Positions 46,711 through 61,445 of a DNA stretch of 64,000 nt are shown here, one piece after another. Both the position numbers and the translations under genes were made by a program. Each line of letters begins with the position of its first letter. Position 1 is the first letter of the stretch. Where the stretch lies: assembly GCF_009914755.1 (NCBI RefSeq), contig NC_060926.1. One strand, 5' to 3'. The stretch is from the human T2T-CHM13v2.0 reference genome, Homo sapiens. The notes below the pieces were generated by a model. The model ran no database searches. It was given only the letters and a program-made list of their open reading frames with translations, and had not been told where the DNA came from.

Positions 46711-47665
46711 GGCAAAGAAATGAAAATTCTTTAATGGAATTTTCTTCTTCTTGTGATATTAGGATTAAATTATTTACAGGCAAGGGACAGAATTTCTATT
46801 TTCTTATTTTCAAAAGAAGATAAAAATATATATCATACACATACACAAAAGTATATATGTATATGCAAACATATTTTAGATACCGAGAAAATATCTAAAA
46901 GAAGACAAATAAGAAAGAGGAAGAAGAAAGAGAATGAGAAGGAGAGGGAGAAGAAAAAAAAAGAGAAAATGGGAGCAAAATGTGAACAAATCAAATAGGG
47001 GCATACATGGAAAATCCTGGTGAAAGTTATATGAGATTTCATTACATTAATCCTTGTAAATGTTATAAATTTGAAATTACATAAATTTACACACAAAAAA
47101 GAAAATACATGCACAGTTATGACAAACATAAAACAGTTTTCTTATTTTATTCACAGGAAAAATTCCTGCAAGAATATTTTCTTATTTATTAAAGCATATA
47201 AATAAACTTATGAATATAGAATTTTATTATACTTGATTTAAAATTATAAACTAATTATGAAAGTATTTCAGTAGTTGCCATCCAGAATTATGGTCTATTT
47301 CTCAATTTGTACCTACATTTCTCTTTTTATTTCACAATAATGCTTGGTAGTGTTTGTGTGTGTATATGTGGGTGGGGGGTGCGGGGGGTGGAGTAGTTTA
47401 TTGAGAGACCTGGTCATTTCTTGTTGATAAATAGGCATGCAGATCAAAATGTAGTTTTATCTGTCTCTGTCATCTCTGCCTCTGTCTTTCTCTGTCAATC
47501 TTAAATAAACAAATAGATATTACCGATGCAATATTAAATAAAATAAACTTTTGCTTGTATATCATTTCTAGTTTCTGCAAGTATACAGATATACAGAGAT
47601 TTTAGGATTTTCTAAACTAAAACTCTATTCCAGTAAGGAGTAATGAGTGATTTAGAGGTGATTTC

Positions 47666-47828
47666 CTTTTTTTTTTTTAAATTTAATTTTTGATTTCTAT
47701 CTTTTGTACAGACATGGTCTTGCTTTGTTGTTCAGGCTGGTCTAAAATTCCTGGCTTCAAGCAATTCTCCTACCTCAGCCTCCCAAAATGCTGGCTGAGA
47801 TTATAGGCATAAGTCACCATGCCCAGCC
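47666..47828 (-). mobile_element. FLAM/Alu monomer
   Basis: Antisense left monomer; TSD tagag(g/a)tgattt. Confidence 0.85.
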
Positions 47829-48427
47829 TAGAGATGATTTTCTACAAGAATTTTTACAGCATTTAAAAACACAGGAATTGCAAAAAATCTAAGTAATTTT
47901 ATTGAACTATAACACAACCTCCTAGCTCAGGAGTAGTAATTTGCAGCATAACATGAATGCTCTGACATGAATGCAGTATAACTTTGCCCTTCCCTTTGTG
48001 TATTGGCTCCCTCTGTGCTCTTTTAACAACTATTGAAGAGATTATTTACCATTATTTACGCCATGTCTTTCTTTAGTTTCTTTATCTTCACTCTATCAAA
48101 TGGCCTTTTTGCATCCACGAATTGACTCATTAGAGGAGCTGCAAATGTGGTAAATTCCATGAGAAGAGCACATCATTGTCTAGAACCTGAGTAACACAGC
48201 TTTTGGTTTGAAAATCAATTTGGATAAAATAAGGCTTTTAACACCATGGTCTTCTAATTTGTTCAAAAATTTTAACTCGCTTAGTAAAATTTAATAATTT
48301 TCTCTACACTTTCATTCATTTTTATGCTATTTTTCTAAATATTTAACATTTTGCTATTTTAAACATTCATCAATTTTCAGTTATATTTTCTACCCAATTA
48401 TTACTTATGCAAGAAAAAAAAATTGTT

Positions 48428-48797
<370 letters not shown>

Positions 48798-49599
48798 TTA
48801 TTTTCATTGTTGACTTAAATAATTTGGGTCTGTTTAAAACAGTTATTCTTTAGTAGATAAAGAAAGTACGTTTGTATTCTTAATTGGGTTTAAGTTTATA
48901 TACAAAATGAATGTTGTATTTTTTCAGAAGTCTTTTTTGTCTATCCAGGTAAAGGTAATTTCTTATTTTCTTATTGATGTCATTGATTATATCAATTTAT
49001 TCCCTTGTAATGGATAAATTTTATGTTTTTATTATAGTTCATTTATGATAATGCTCTGTTATTTTTCAAGTACACTACAGAAATAGCTTTTTAAATAATA
49101 ATGAGAAAACCTTGATATGTGCCAGATATATTCAAGACTTTGGGGTACCCACATAGATCAGGCAACATTGCTATGTCTAATTAAAGACATAACCTGCTGC
49201 TTCAAAAGATTCGCTTGGCTAATATATTAAACCCAGGCATTTCTGGCTTTAAAGCCTGAACTCTTGTTTTTTTTTTTTTTTTTTTTTCTCATCACACTTA
49301 AATGCCTTTTTCAATATTGTGATGTCACTTAGGTATCCTCTAGTGAAGCTAAAGGCCTCCAAAATTTACCAGATAAGGTTAAGAGATAATTCCTATGTTA
49401 TTTTAAATATTACTGAGCCAAGAAAAAAAAAATCTAATTTTTTAAATGTACTCAGTACTTATAACAAACATTGGTATACAGACATAAATGCTGAACAACT
49501 ACAACACGAATACACTCTATACATCAAAATATCATATTGTATACCATAAATACAGATAATATTTCTATCAATTAAAAAATACTATAGTACCTATAAAAA

Positions 49600-50650
49600 G
49601 AAATAATTTGGAAAATATTGAAAACAAATGAGTTATATCAAGAAAGCCTTTCCAATTATTAATATTATTAATATTAATGACAGAAGGATACATGGACTAT
49701 AATAATTTTTTAATATGAAAACTAGATTGGCTTTTGTATGAGTTAGACAGCTACCTCATATTTTACACAAAAATAATTATAGGCAGATTAAATATTTAAA
49801 TGTGAGACATAGCAAAAAATTGCAACACATTAAAAATAAACTGATACTAAAAATTAATTACTATGTCAAAACAAAAATCTTTCCACAGATTATGGAAAAA
49901 TGTCAATATGAGGTAAAAAGTGTTTACCATGTATGCTAATAGATACACTTTCATCAGTTTAAAAATAAATTTAAGAAAAAATCTTTTCAGAGACATGATC
50001 TCACTCTGCTACCCAGACATGATCACCGGATGGATTACAGAGGCACAATCATAGCTCACTGCAGCCTTGAATTTCTGGGCTCAGGAGATCCTCCCATCTC
50101 AGCCTCCCAACGTGCTGAGATTGTAGGTGTGAGCCACTGCACCTTAATTTTCAATGAATCTTTAAAATTAAGTTTAATAAAATCATGCAAATCTCAGTTT
50201 TTACATGTATAAATGTCTTTAAAAAGTTATTGTTAAAGAAAAAATCTATAAACATATGCAAAGTTCAATTTTATTATTAATAAAAAAACAAAATAACAGG
50301 AACTTTTTATTGTAAACTGGTGAAAGTAGAAATGATGGCAATGCCCAGTGTTATTAAGACCTTTGGAAAATGGTTAAATTCATAAACTCTTGAAGGAAGG
50401 GTAAATTTGAAGAGAAAAATCTCAAGGGAGATGGACCAAAATGCAGACAACATCATAAAGTTCTTCGAGAAATTACATATACTTGTTCCAGCTCACCTTT
50501 TTAAAGCAAACAACATATTTTCAGAGGTCTATATTCATGTTATATTCATTATGCATGTTATACAGAAATCAATAAATTGTAAAAATGTTTAAATATCCAA
50601 TACAATGTGATTGGATAAACAAAATATGGTACATTAATAAAATGAAAAAC
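49600..50650 (+). mobile_element. Ancient L1M fragments with an antisense Alu fragment (about 49985-50143)
   Basis: Degenerate L1 3' motifs; gctcactgcagccttgaa...gagccactgcacc. Confidence 0.5.
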
Positions 50651-50829
50651 TCAAGTAGTATCTCCTAAGAGGAGATAAACAATAAAATTGAAATAGTTAA
50701 TAAAAAAATACATTTAGTATTTTGTTAGTCTTGAATATGATTGCAGCCTTTTTTTAAACAACCTTTAGACTTACACTTTTTAATCAAAATGTAATGTGGG
50801 TTAATAATAGATATTTTAAAAATCACAAG

Positions 50830-53632
50830 TAATATGGTTTTGATCTATGTCCCCACCCAAATCTCATGTTGAAATGTAATTCCCAATGTTGGAGGTGGGG
50901 CCTGGTGGGAGGTGATTGGATCATAAGAGTGGTTTCTCATGATTTAACACCACCACTCCTTACTCCTCTCTGTTGTCCTCAGAATAGTGAGTTCTCAGGT
51001 AGCTGGATGTTTAAAAGTGTGTGCACCTCCCCCATCTCTCTTCCTTCTGCTCTGGCCACTTCAAACCTGCTTGCTTCCCCTTCAGCTTCTGCCATAATTG
51101 TAAGTTTTCTGAGGCCTCCCCAGAACCAGATGTTGCCATGTTTCTTGTAGAGCCTGCAGAACCATGAGCCAATTAAACCTCTTTTCTTTATAAATTACCA
51201 AGTCTCAGGTTTTTCTTTACAGCAGTGGGAGAATAGACTAATACAGAAACCTGGTACCAAGGAGTAGAGCATTGCAATCAAGATACTTGAAAATGTGGAA
51301 GCAGCTTTAAAACTGGGTAATGGGCAGGGATTGGAACAGTTTGGAGGGCTCAGAAGAAGACAGGAAGTTAAGGGAAAGTTTGGAACTCCCTAGAAACTGG
51401 TTACATTGTTGTGACCAAAATGCTGATAGTGATATGAACAGTGAAGTCCAGGCTGAGGAGGTCGCAGATGGAGATGAGGAACTTATTGGAGATGGAAGTA
51501 AAGGTCACTTTCTTATGTCTTAGCAAAGAGTTTGGCTATATTGCACCCCTGATCTAGGGATCTGTGGAACTTTGAACTTGAGAGTGATGATTTAGGGTAT
51601 TTGGCAGAAAAAAATTTCTAAGCAGTAAGGCATTCAAAAAGTGGCCTGGTTGCTTCTAACTACCTATACTCATATGTGTGAGCAAATAAATGACCTGAAA
51701 CAGGAACTCATATTTTAAAAGGAAGCAGAGCATGTTTGGGAAATTTGCAGCCTGGCCATGCAGTAGAAAAGAAAAACCCATTTTCTGGGGAGGAATTCAA
51801 ACTGGCTACAGAAATTTGCATAAGTAAAGAGGAGCCAAGTGCTGATATCCAAGACAATGGGTTAAAGACCTCAGAGGCATTTCAGAGACCTTCTTGGCAT
51901 GTCCCTTCCATCACAGGCCCAGAGGGCTAGGGGGGCTGAATGATTCTGTGTGTCAGGCCCAGGGCTCCACTGCTCTGTGGAGCCTCAGGACACTGCCTCC
52001 TGTATTCTGGTGGCTCCAGTTCCAGATGTGTCTCCTACTCCAGCTTTGGATTAAAGGGGTCCAGGAACAGCTCAGGTTGATGCTCCAGCAGGTGTAAGCC
52101 AGAAGTCTTGGTGGCTACCCCAAAATGTTAAGCCTGCTGGTGTGCAGAGTGCAAGAGTTGAGGCTTGGGAGCCTCCAACTAGATTTCAGAGGATGTATGG
52201 AAATGTCTGGATGTGCAGGCAGAAGTCTGGTGCAGAAGCAGATCCCTCAGGAAGAAGCTCTGCTAGGGCACAGCAGAAGGGAAATGTGGGGTTGGAGCCC
52301 CCACACAGAGTCCCCACTGGGGCACTGTCTAGGTGAACTATGAGAAGAGTGCCTCCATCTTCCAAACCCCAGAAAGGTAGATCCACTGACAGCTTGTGCC
52401 ACAAGCCTGGAAAAGCTGGAGGCACTCAATGCCATCCCATGAAAGAGCCACAGGGGCTATACCCTACAGAGCCAAAGGGGCAGAGATGCCCAAGGCTCTG
52501 GGAGCCCATCTCTTGCATTAGCTTGCCCTCAATGTGAGGCACGGAATCAAAGGAGATTTTGGAGCTCTAAGATTTAATGACTGCCCAGCTGTGTTTTGGA
52601 CTTACATGGGGCCTGTGGCCCTTTTTTTTGGCCAATCTCTCTAATTTGGAATGGGAACGTTTACCCAACGCCTGTAACCCCATTCTATCTTGGAAGTAAC
52701 TAGCTTATTTTTTATTTTACAGGCTCAAAGGCAGAAGGGTTTGCTTTGTCTCAGATGAGACTCTGGACTGGGACTTTTGAGTTAATGCTGGAATGAGTTA
52801 AGAGTTTGGGGGACTGTTGTGAAGGGATGACTGTGAGACAGCCAGGTGAGAGCAGGTCCCTGGCAAAACTCCAGCCAGCCTGCACACTGCAGTGGAGCCT
52901 CAGGAAGTTTGCAATGTCTGCAGCAGGGAGGAGCCTGACACTTTCTCTTCCTGTGTGGAAACTGGGATTCCAACTTCAAGGCAGCAGCACTCTAACAGGG
53001 ACTCTGGCTTTGCAGAGAGTCCCTGTTTCCCCCTTTCCCTCATTTTTACTCCATAAAACCCTGTCTTACTCACCATTTAAATTGTCTATAACCCTGAATT
53101 TTCATGGCCATGGAACAAAAAACCCATATTTAGCTGAACTAAGAAAGATCCCTGCAACAATTGTATTTTAAAATATGAGAAGGAAATGAGATTTGGAAGG
53201 GGCCAGGTGCAGAATGATATTGTTTGAATCTGTGTTCCCACCCTAATCTCATGTTGAAATGTAATTCCCAATGTTAGGAGGTGGGGTCTGGTGAGAAGGG
53301 AGGTGATTGAGTCATGAGAGCAGTTTCTCATGGTTTAAACACCATTCCTATGACAATGCTGTCATAGGGATCGTGAGTTCTCATGGGACCTAGTTGTTTA
53401 AAAGTGTGTGCACTTTCCCCATCTCTCTTCCTTTTGCTCTTGCCATGTAAGACCTGCCTGCTTCTCCTCCACCTTCTTCCATGATCATAAGTTTTCTGAG
53501 GCCTCCCCAGAACCAGATGCTGCCATGCTTTCTGTACAGCCTGCAGAACCATGAGCCAATTAAACTTCTTTGCTTTATAAATTACCCAGTCACTCACAGG
53601 TATTTCTTTACAGCAGTATGAGAAGGAATACA
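50830..53632 (+). mobile_element. Full-length MST (MSTA-like) MaLR element: LTR-int-LTR
   Basis: LTRs at 50830-51245 and 53215-53632 around a MaLR internal region; perfect 5-bp TSD acaag (50825-50829, 53633-53637). Confidence 0.92.
52834..53159 (+). mobile_element. MER61-like solo LTR inside the MST internal region
   Basis: tgagacagccagg...ctgcaaca; near-TSD actg/attg. Confidence 0.8.
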
Positions 53633-53745
53633 ACAAGTAAAGCTAAAGTAAATAATTTAAATCAATCTGAAGTAAACAACCACAAATATTTATATATGCA
53701 TACATATATTTTTTAAAAAACAAATAAATTATAATTAGAGTTCAG

Positions 53746-53950
53746 CTATGGCACTTGTTAGAAGACTGTGCAAAGCACAAATTCCAATTACTTGAAAGAA
53801 ATCTTTAATCCTAAAATATTATGCGATAACATAATTGTTACCATTGCTTTTTGAAGAATAATTTGTGTGTGTGTGTGTAGAATTATTGAAGAGCTAGTGA
53901 GGAAACAGGGAGTTTCCATTTAAAAAAGTTTATAGAATTTTGTCTTCCTA
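53746..53950 (+). repeat. Copy 1 of a ~200-bp direct duplication
   Basis: Colinear with 55714-55945. Confidence 0.9.
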
Positions 53951-54028
53951 AACTCTAATTAAATTCTTATTAAATAAATTAGGAAAATAATGTATTTTAA
54001 AAATACATTAGATTTCTTATTTTTGACT

Positions 54029-54484
54029 TGTTGACTTAAGAGAAAAAGGCTGAAGCACAAAATATAATTTTAAGAGTTTACATGAACCAAAGTGAGGTCT
54101 GCTGCATGGGGGACACTTCCAAGTAGTTTTGGGGAGTGCTCCATCAACCCTTGTTACAAACTAGTTTTTAAAGGCAAATAAAACAAGGAGTGGGCTGATA
54201 CAAGGTTATCTAATAGGAATTCTCATTGACTACAGAGATATCATTGATTAGTGATTGGCTATACATTATTGAAGTAATGGTTTGAGTTATGGTGTCCATC
54301 ATATGGCATTTAAAGGCTTCTTGGCATCAGTTAATCTAGAGCCCACATAGCAAGTGCCTTTAAGAGATAATTGTTTTGCTCTAATGGGACAGATGTGACT
54401 GCTATTTTATTCAAATGCCTCTCTGGGCCTGATAATTTACAGGAGCTCACATTCCTCAGATACAAATTTGCTTTTTTTCTTCAC
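54029..54484 (-). mobile_element. Solo LTR (LTR47-like, tentative)
   Basis: Starts tgttgac on +; reverse complement contains TATCTGAGGAATGTGAGC..AAATTATCAGGCCCAGAGAGGC. Confidence 0.55.
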
Positions 54485-54922
54485 CGATTAAACTGCCATT
54501 TATTCTAAATGATAGTATCAAAAGGATTGCATGTTACAGTTAAAAATAATACAAGTTCAAAGTAGTCATAAGGCTGTGTTATTGTGAATATATCAGAGCC
54601 ATTCGAACCAGAGTGATCCATCCTGAAAAGGGACTGGCTGGGTAAAATGAGACTGACCTGCTGGGCTGCATTCCCAGGAGCTTAGGCATTCAAAATCATA
54701 ACTTGTTAATGGTCAAGGAAACAGATTAATAATGTTTACTAAACAAACCCAGGACTTAACAGACCCAGAAAGTGTCCTGATGTCCCCATATCTTAAAGAC
54801 AAAAGCATTCTTAGTTTAAGAATATTTTGCTTTAAGATAACTATGGAGATATTTGCAAAATCAGTAGAATTACACAAAGATTAACAATCCTTTGTTATGA
54901 GCCCTAGTGGTATAGCATACCT

Positions 54923-55060
54923 CCTCTCTCTCTCTATATATATATTTATTTACACACACGTGTATACATATATACACACACATATATGTGTGTGTGTTTG
55001 TGTGTGTGTATATGTATACGTATGTGTATATACACACACACACACAAACACACACACATA
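54923..55060. repeat. Compound CT/TA/CA/TG microsatellite
   Basis: Visible directly. Confidence 0.9.
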
Positions 55061-55422
55061 TGATATGGTTTGGCTGTGTCCCCACCAAAATCTCATCCTG
55101 AATTGTAACTCCCACAATTCCCACGTGTCATGAGACGGACCCAGTGAGAGGTAATTGAATCATGGGGGTGGCCTTTCTCATGCTGTTCTCATAATAGTGA
55201 ATAAGTCTCACAAGATCTGATGGTTGCATAAAGAGGAGTTTCCCTGTACAAGCTTTCTCTCTTTGCCTGCCATCATCCATGTAAGACGTGACATGCTCCT
55301 CCTTGCCTTCTGCCATGATTGTGAGGCCTACTTAGCCACGTGGAACTGTAAGTCCATTAAAACTCTTTTTCTTTCCAATCTCAGGTATGTTTTTATCAGC
55401 AGCATGAAAACAGACTAATACA
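55061..55422 (+). mobile_element. THE1 solo LTR
   Basis: tgatatggtttggctgtgtcccc...cagactaataca; near-TSD acata/atata. Confidence 0.92.
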
Positions 55423-55713
55423 ATATATATTTTTTTTGTTTTTTGCTTTTTTAACTTCTATATAAACAAGCATTCTGCCTAAGGTAGGCATGTTTCTCCT
55501 CTTGCTTTCAGGAATGCCCTCCTCTATGGAGTAGCCATTGTTTTTGTTTCTTTATTTCTCGAATAAACTTGCTTTCACTTAACTTTGCAGCCCAGCCCCA
55601 AATTCTTTCTTGTGTAAGAAAGATCCAAGAATCCTCTCTTGGGACCCCTTTCCAGTGACTATTATGGTAAATACTTAGCATGACAGTTGTGCCAGGGGAC
55701 CAAAAAACTTTTA

Positions 55714-55945
55714 CTATGGCACTTGTTGGAAAATTATGAAAAGCACAAACTCCAATTATTTGGAAAAAACCCATCTAATCCTATAATATTATGTGATAAC
55801 ATAATTGCTACAATTGCTTTTCACAGAATAATTTGGGGTGTGTGTGTGTGTGTGTGTGTGTGCGTGTGTGTGTAGAATTATTGAAGAGTTAGTGAGGTAA
55901 CAGGGTGCTTCCATTTAAGAAAGTTTATAGAATTTTGTTTTCCTA
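55714..55945 (+). repeat. Copy 2 of the ~200-bp direct duplication, with a longer (TG)n
   Basis: Colinear with 53746-53950. Confidence 0.9.
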
Positions 55946-56523
55946 GAGGAATGAAAATTTGCCCAATAGAAAACGGCATTGTGCAGGACAGTAGAGGAAT
56001 GATGACTGGAACTAACTTAGAGGCTCTAATAGTAAGATTGTATGCCATCTATGCAACTCCTAGCAATCACAAAATGTTTCATTGTTTATTGTCTTAGAAT
56101 TGGTTGTCTTAGATTTTTTAAAATATAATTGCTTCTTTTATACTTCTGTAATTTGATTCTATCTTCTAGTTCCATGAAATGAACAGTTTACTCAGTTCAT
56201 TTTTTTCATATATATGTGTTATTACAGCTTATTGGAAATTTGCAAAAAATGTGCTGCATGTTCTAAATTTTTGAATAGTAAATGAGATGTGTGTGTATAT
56301 ATATATATAGACATAAAACTATTAACAATGACTTTCTGATGGTACAGTTATTAATAATTTTTTCTTTTAATTTATTTTTTAAGAATTTAAAATTATTCTG
56401 TACTGCTTTCTTGATAAGAAAATACATATTTACATGGTAAACCTATATATTGAAAACTTAAGTAAAATATTAAATAAATGACGTCAGTTTACGATAAAAT
56501 GTTAATAAAATTTGAAAAGAAAT

Positions 56524-56883
56524 TGTATTAGGCCGTTTTCACACTGCTATGAAGAACTACCTGAGACTGGGTAGTTTATAAAAACAGGTTTAATTGACTC
56601 ACAGTTCACATGGCTGGGGAGGCCTCAGGAAACTTACAGTCATGGCAGAAGGCAAAGGAGAAACAATGTATGTCTTACATGACAGAAGAAGAGAGAGGGT
56701 GAAGAGGGAAGTGCCAGTTTAATGCCATCAGATCTCGTGAGAACTCACTCACTATCATGAGAAAAGCATAAGGAAAACTACCCCCATTATCCAATCACCT
56801 CCCACCTGGTCCCTTCCTCTACACACATGGGGATTACAATTCATGATGAGATTTCAGTAGAGACGCAGAGACAAATCTTATCA
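56524..56883 (-). mobile_element. THE1D/MST-like solo LTR
   Basis: tgtattagg...acctgagactggg...cttatca. Confidence 0.85.
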
Positions 56884-58020
56884 GGAACCATTAAATTCAC
56901 ACTGTATGCTGCATTCATTCAGCATGTTAAAAAATACAAGTTAGTACCCTTCACATTTTACTCTTTTGCATTAAAAATGTTATATATGTATGTTTATCTG
57001 CAATTTTAAAGAATATAGATTAGACACTTTTACTCTTTTGTAACTGTTTTGGGTCTAAGGAAGTTTTTTTTTTTAGTAAAAAGGTCATCGTTGTCAATAG
57101 AGAAATAATTAGATTGCAATGCATTATCTGAAATGCTTTTTGCTTTATAAAACATTTTCCAGCAAAGTTTCTGTAAAAAATGAAATTCCTCCCCCTTAGG
57201 TTATATTTCACAAGGATTATGAGTATTAGGTGTCTTTCTTTTGATACCTGCCATGAAAGCTCTGCCTGGATAAAACCAGCCAAACTGGCTAATCTCCTAC
57301 AGCTATTTGTGATAGTCACTATGCATGAGAATGGTAAGTGAGAGATGCAACTCAAGTGTTCCCACTGGGAAGAAAGTCTATCATCATCTGTCTAACATTG
57401 CTATGGCTCCTTAAATGAAGGATTCAATACCTGGAATCATTTTGAAAATATGCCAAAGCCATCTTTGCTCACTAATCCTTCTGACAGTTGAAATGCTATA
57501 ATGAAAATATTACAAAAGTGGCTCTTACTAGAGACATTCATATGTTTTCCCTAAAGTTTAGGGGACTGTTTTCAACACCTTTCTCTCAATTAGTATTTCT
57601 TCTTAGAAGACTAATGCTTGGTTTGCACATGTATATTTTTAATAATTATATTTATTGAATAATTAATGACCAACTATTAGTTATCCTTTATTAGTTTATA
57701 AACTGATATTAAGAATTAAAAGATGAATAAAAATCAGATGTAGCAATATAGCACATCAAAATCTGAGTATAATAAACAATCTTTCAGGTAATTATTCCCC
57801 AAATCCAAGTAAAAATATAATCAGTGGGAGTAAATACAGAAACATCTAAATTAATGTCAACTTCACTGAGAGCTATTTGACAACATGTATTGAGGTCTGA
57901 AATCAATGTGATTCCCTGTCCTTATATTGAACAATACTGGACAATTTCTGTGTCTTTATCATAAAATGCTAGGGACAATCAAATATTTGCTTCTGGAAGA
58001 TATGACAGTGAGCCCACTGA

Positions 58021-58294
<274 letters not shown>

Positions 58295-59009
58295 TAAAAT
58301 AGCTTTCTTATCAAGACTAACAGATTGCTCAAGACTTATTTCAAGACCCTTAATTCACATTGCCAATCAATTCAAAGCCACTTTATCATAAATTGTTCCT
58401 AATCTTAGGCGTTTACACAGATTACAACTCCTACCTTAATATTACACAAATCAGGTCATCAGACTCTGTAACTATCCTCCAATTTGTTCATACTGAGACA
58501 CTACTAATACTACTTCAAGTTGATATTCCCTCCTTATTGCAGTAAGTCTAATCAACTTAAATTTGCTTAATCAACAGCTTTTTCAGGTGGTCTTTGTGGA
58601 GGGCAACTGTCAATAGTTTCAAAGCACTTGAAGACACAAATATTCAATAATAGAGAGATATTCATTTGAATTAGCATACGATCATAAGGTAGAATGCCAT
58701 AACATAATGAAAAATCAAGGATTTAAAAAAATAGATGGACATCTTGCATTTTATTCAAAAGGAGTGAAAACAAATGATAATCAAAATGATTTTTGTCTTC
58801 TACTCCACCCAAATTTGTTACTTCTCAATTTTATTCACTTCAGTAAAGAACTTTAACACCTATCTTGTTGCTCCAGCCAAAAATCATAAGGATTATTTTG
58901 GTTACACTTTTTGTCCCTATCTAGATATATTGTATTGACCTTTACATTTTGCTTTAATTACAAAGTATATACATCCCCTTTTGTTATTTGCATTTCCTAA
59001 TATTGAAGT

Positions 59010-59811
59010 TGTTGGGACTCAGGACACACTACCCCAAAATGGGACTATAGGAGACTAAAATATGCCCTCACAAAATATACTTCTTGGCATATTTTGAGAT
59101 AGCTATTCAGAGAAGCTGCAGACACAGGAATAGATCTGAAAAGCTGTCCTTTTGTAAAAGAAATTCACATCTATCTACATTAGTAAACAGCAAATGCAAG
59201 AATAGGCTTTCTCTGAGCCTCTTCATCTGCCTAAAACAGATCTAGAAAAGATCATATCAATGCTTAGCCCAGAAAGAATTTTGCATAGCCCATCACCTAT
59301 TCTTCTGAAGGCTGCCTGAGAAACCTGATCTGTATAGTAAAAAAACCTTTGTTCATCATGGATGTCCTCCCCTCACCCTCCATGGCCTGTGTTGCCACCT
59401 CTCCACAACAAGCCCCTATTTCTTTCTCTAGCTCAAAATGCTATTTAAGCTTCAACCATCTGGCCCCTCTTTGAGTCTTATATTTTGTGGGATTCCTGTG
59501 CATATGCACATAATAAATGTGTATGCCTTTTCTCTCTCTTTCTTTTTTTTAAGAGATAGAGTCTTGCTCTTTTTTTATTTTTTAAGAGATAGTCTTGCCA
59601 CTCTGGAATGCAGTGGCCTGGGATGGATCATAGCTCACTGTAGCCACAAACTCCTGGGCTCAAGGGATCATCCTGCCTCAGCCTCCTGAATAGCTGGACT
59701 ACAGGCATGAGCCAGAGCATCCAGATTTGTCTTACTAATCTGTCTACTGTCAAGATCATTACAGAGCTCAAACCTTCAGAGGGTGGAAGGAAAGTTTTCT
59801 TCACCTTTAGA
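59010..59811 (+). mobile_element. MER34-family LTR with an antisense Alu fragment (about 59530-59724)
   Basis: tgttgggactcagg...accccaaaat start; TSD aagt (59006-59009, 59812-59815). Confidence 0.7.
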
Positions 59812-59825
59812 AAGTCATTATTATG

Positions 59826-60199
<374 letters not shown>

Positions 60200-61194
60200 T
60201 TAAACTAATTCTCAACATAGTAGCCGCTTGGGTCATTTATGAATGCAAATTAGATATAGTGTAAATCACTATAACATCTATTTATTGCAATTAGAATAAA
60301 ATGTAAACTCTTATTATGGCATATCCTTAATAATATAGGTAAATATATATTCTTACCTCTCCAACTTCACCTCTTATTATTCTCTTTCTAGCTCACAAAA
60401 GTCAGCTTCACTGACTTTCTGTGTTATTTTTCAACTAAGTCAAACTCTCACCACTTTGGGCCCTTATTGCTGTTAATTTCATTGGAATTTGCTCCTCTAG
60501 CATTTCCTTATTTTTTGAATATTATTGGGAAATATAATTTTAAGATAATCTTCCCCAAGCCAAAAATGTTCTTCAAAAAGGTGGTAAAGAAAACACATAT
60601 GTTGGTTTGCATATTTTGGCAACATTATCATTTTACAACTTTATTTTAGAAAAATGGTCTGACATACACACACACACACAATTTCTAAAAAATTTCACAG
60701 AGGAACCCTCCACAAATTGTTCAGGCCAAAAAAGAAGAGACAATGTTACTTCCCATTCTCTGAACATGACTGATGCTGGGCAGCTATTCAGGAGATAATT
60801 GGTCTCTTTACATAAAGAGTCATATGAATTTGATATTTTTCTTTTCAAGTTCTTGAGAGTATTAGTGTTTTTTCTCAAAAAGATAGGCCAATCATTTGTG
60901 AGGAATGTAAAAGGAAGAGAGTATTTAAAATAATAACCATACAATACCAAAAACAAACAAAAAAAAACTCTATTCACTTCACAATTAGGTTTTGGGCCAT
61001 GTCTTCTAACACTGTGAAGCCAAAGTAATAATAAATCTGGTTAGATCAGGGATCAAGGTGGGGCATACTTTGAAAGCTGACATATTTTGTGTATGATCTC
61101 TTAAGTTGTACTTCTCTAGGAAAACTTCCCTCCTGCCTTCTCCACTGCATCTTTCCTAAATTCTGATCTCTTTTCTGAACAATATGACATTTAT

Positions 61195-61357
<163 letters not shown>

Positions 61358-61445
61358 TAATATAACATTTCTTATGCAGCCACTTTAAAAAAAAAAAATT
61401 TCATAGATGATTAACTGTGTGCATGTTTGGAAGGTTTATTCACAT

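Larger units (their letters stand above)
54591..55660 (+). mobile_element. MER41-family LTR, interrupted by a microsatellite and THE1
   Basis: tcagag..gaaccagag..ctgggtaaaatgag..ctgggctgcattcccagg start; aataaacttgctttcacttt-like 3' part. Confidence 0.8.

Noticed and set aside
52834-53159. p53 response element in the MER61-like LTR
   Set aside because: No clear paired RRRCWWGYYY found by eye
54591-55660. STAT1 GAS enhancer as in MER41B
   Set aside because: No clear TTCNNNGAA found by eye, and the LTR is interrupted
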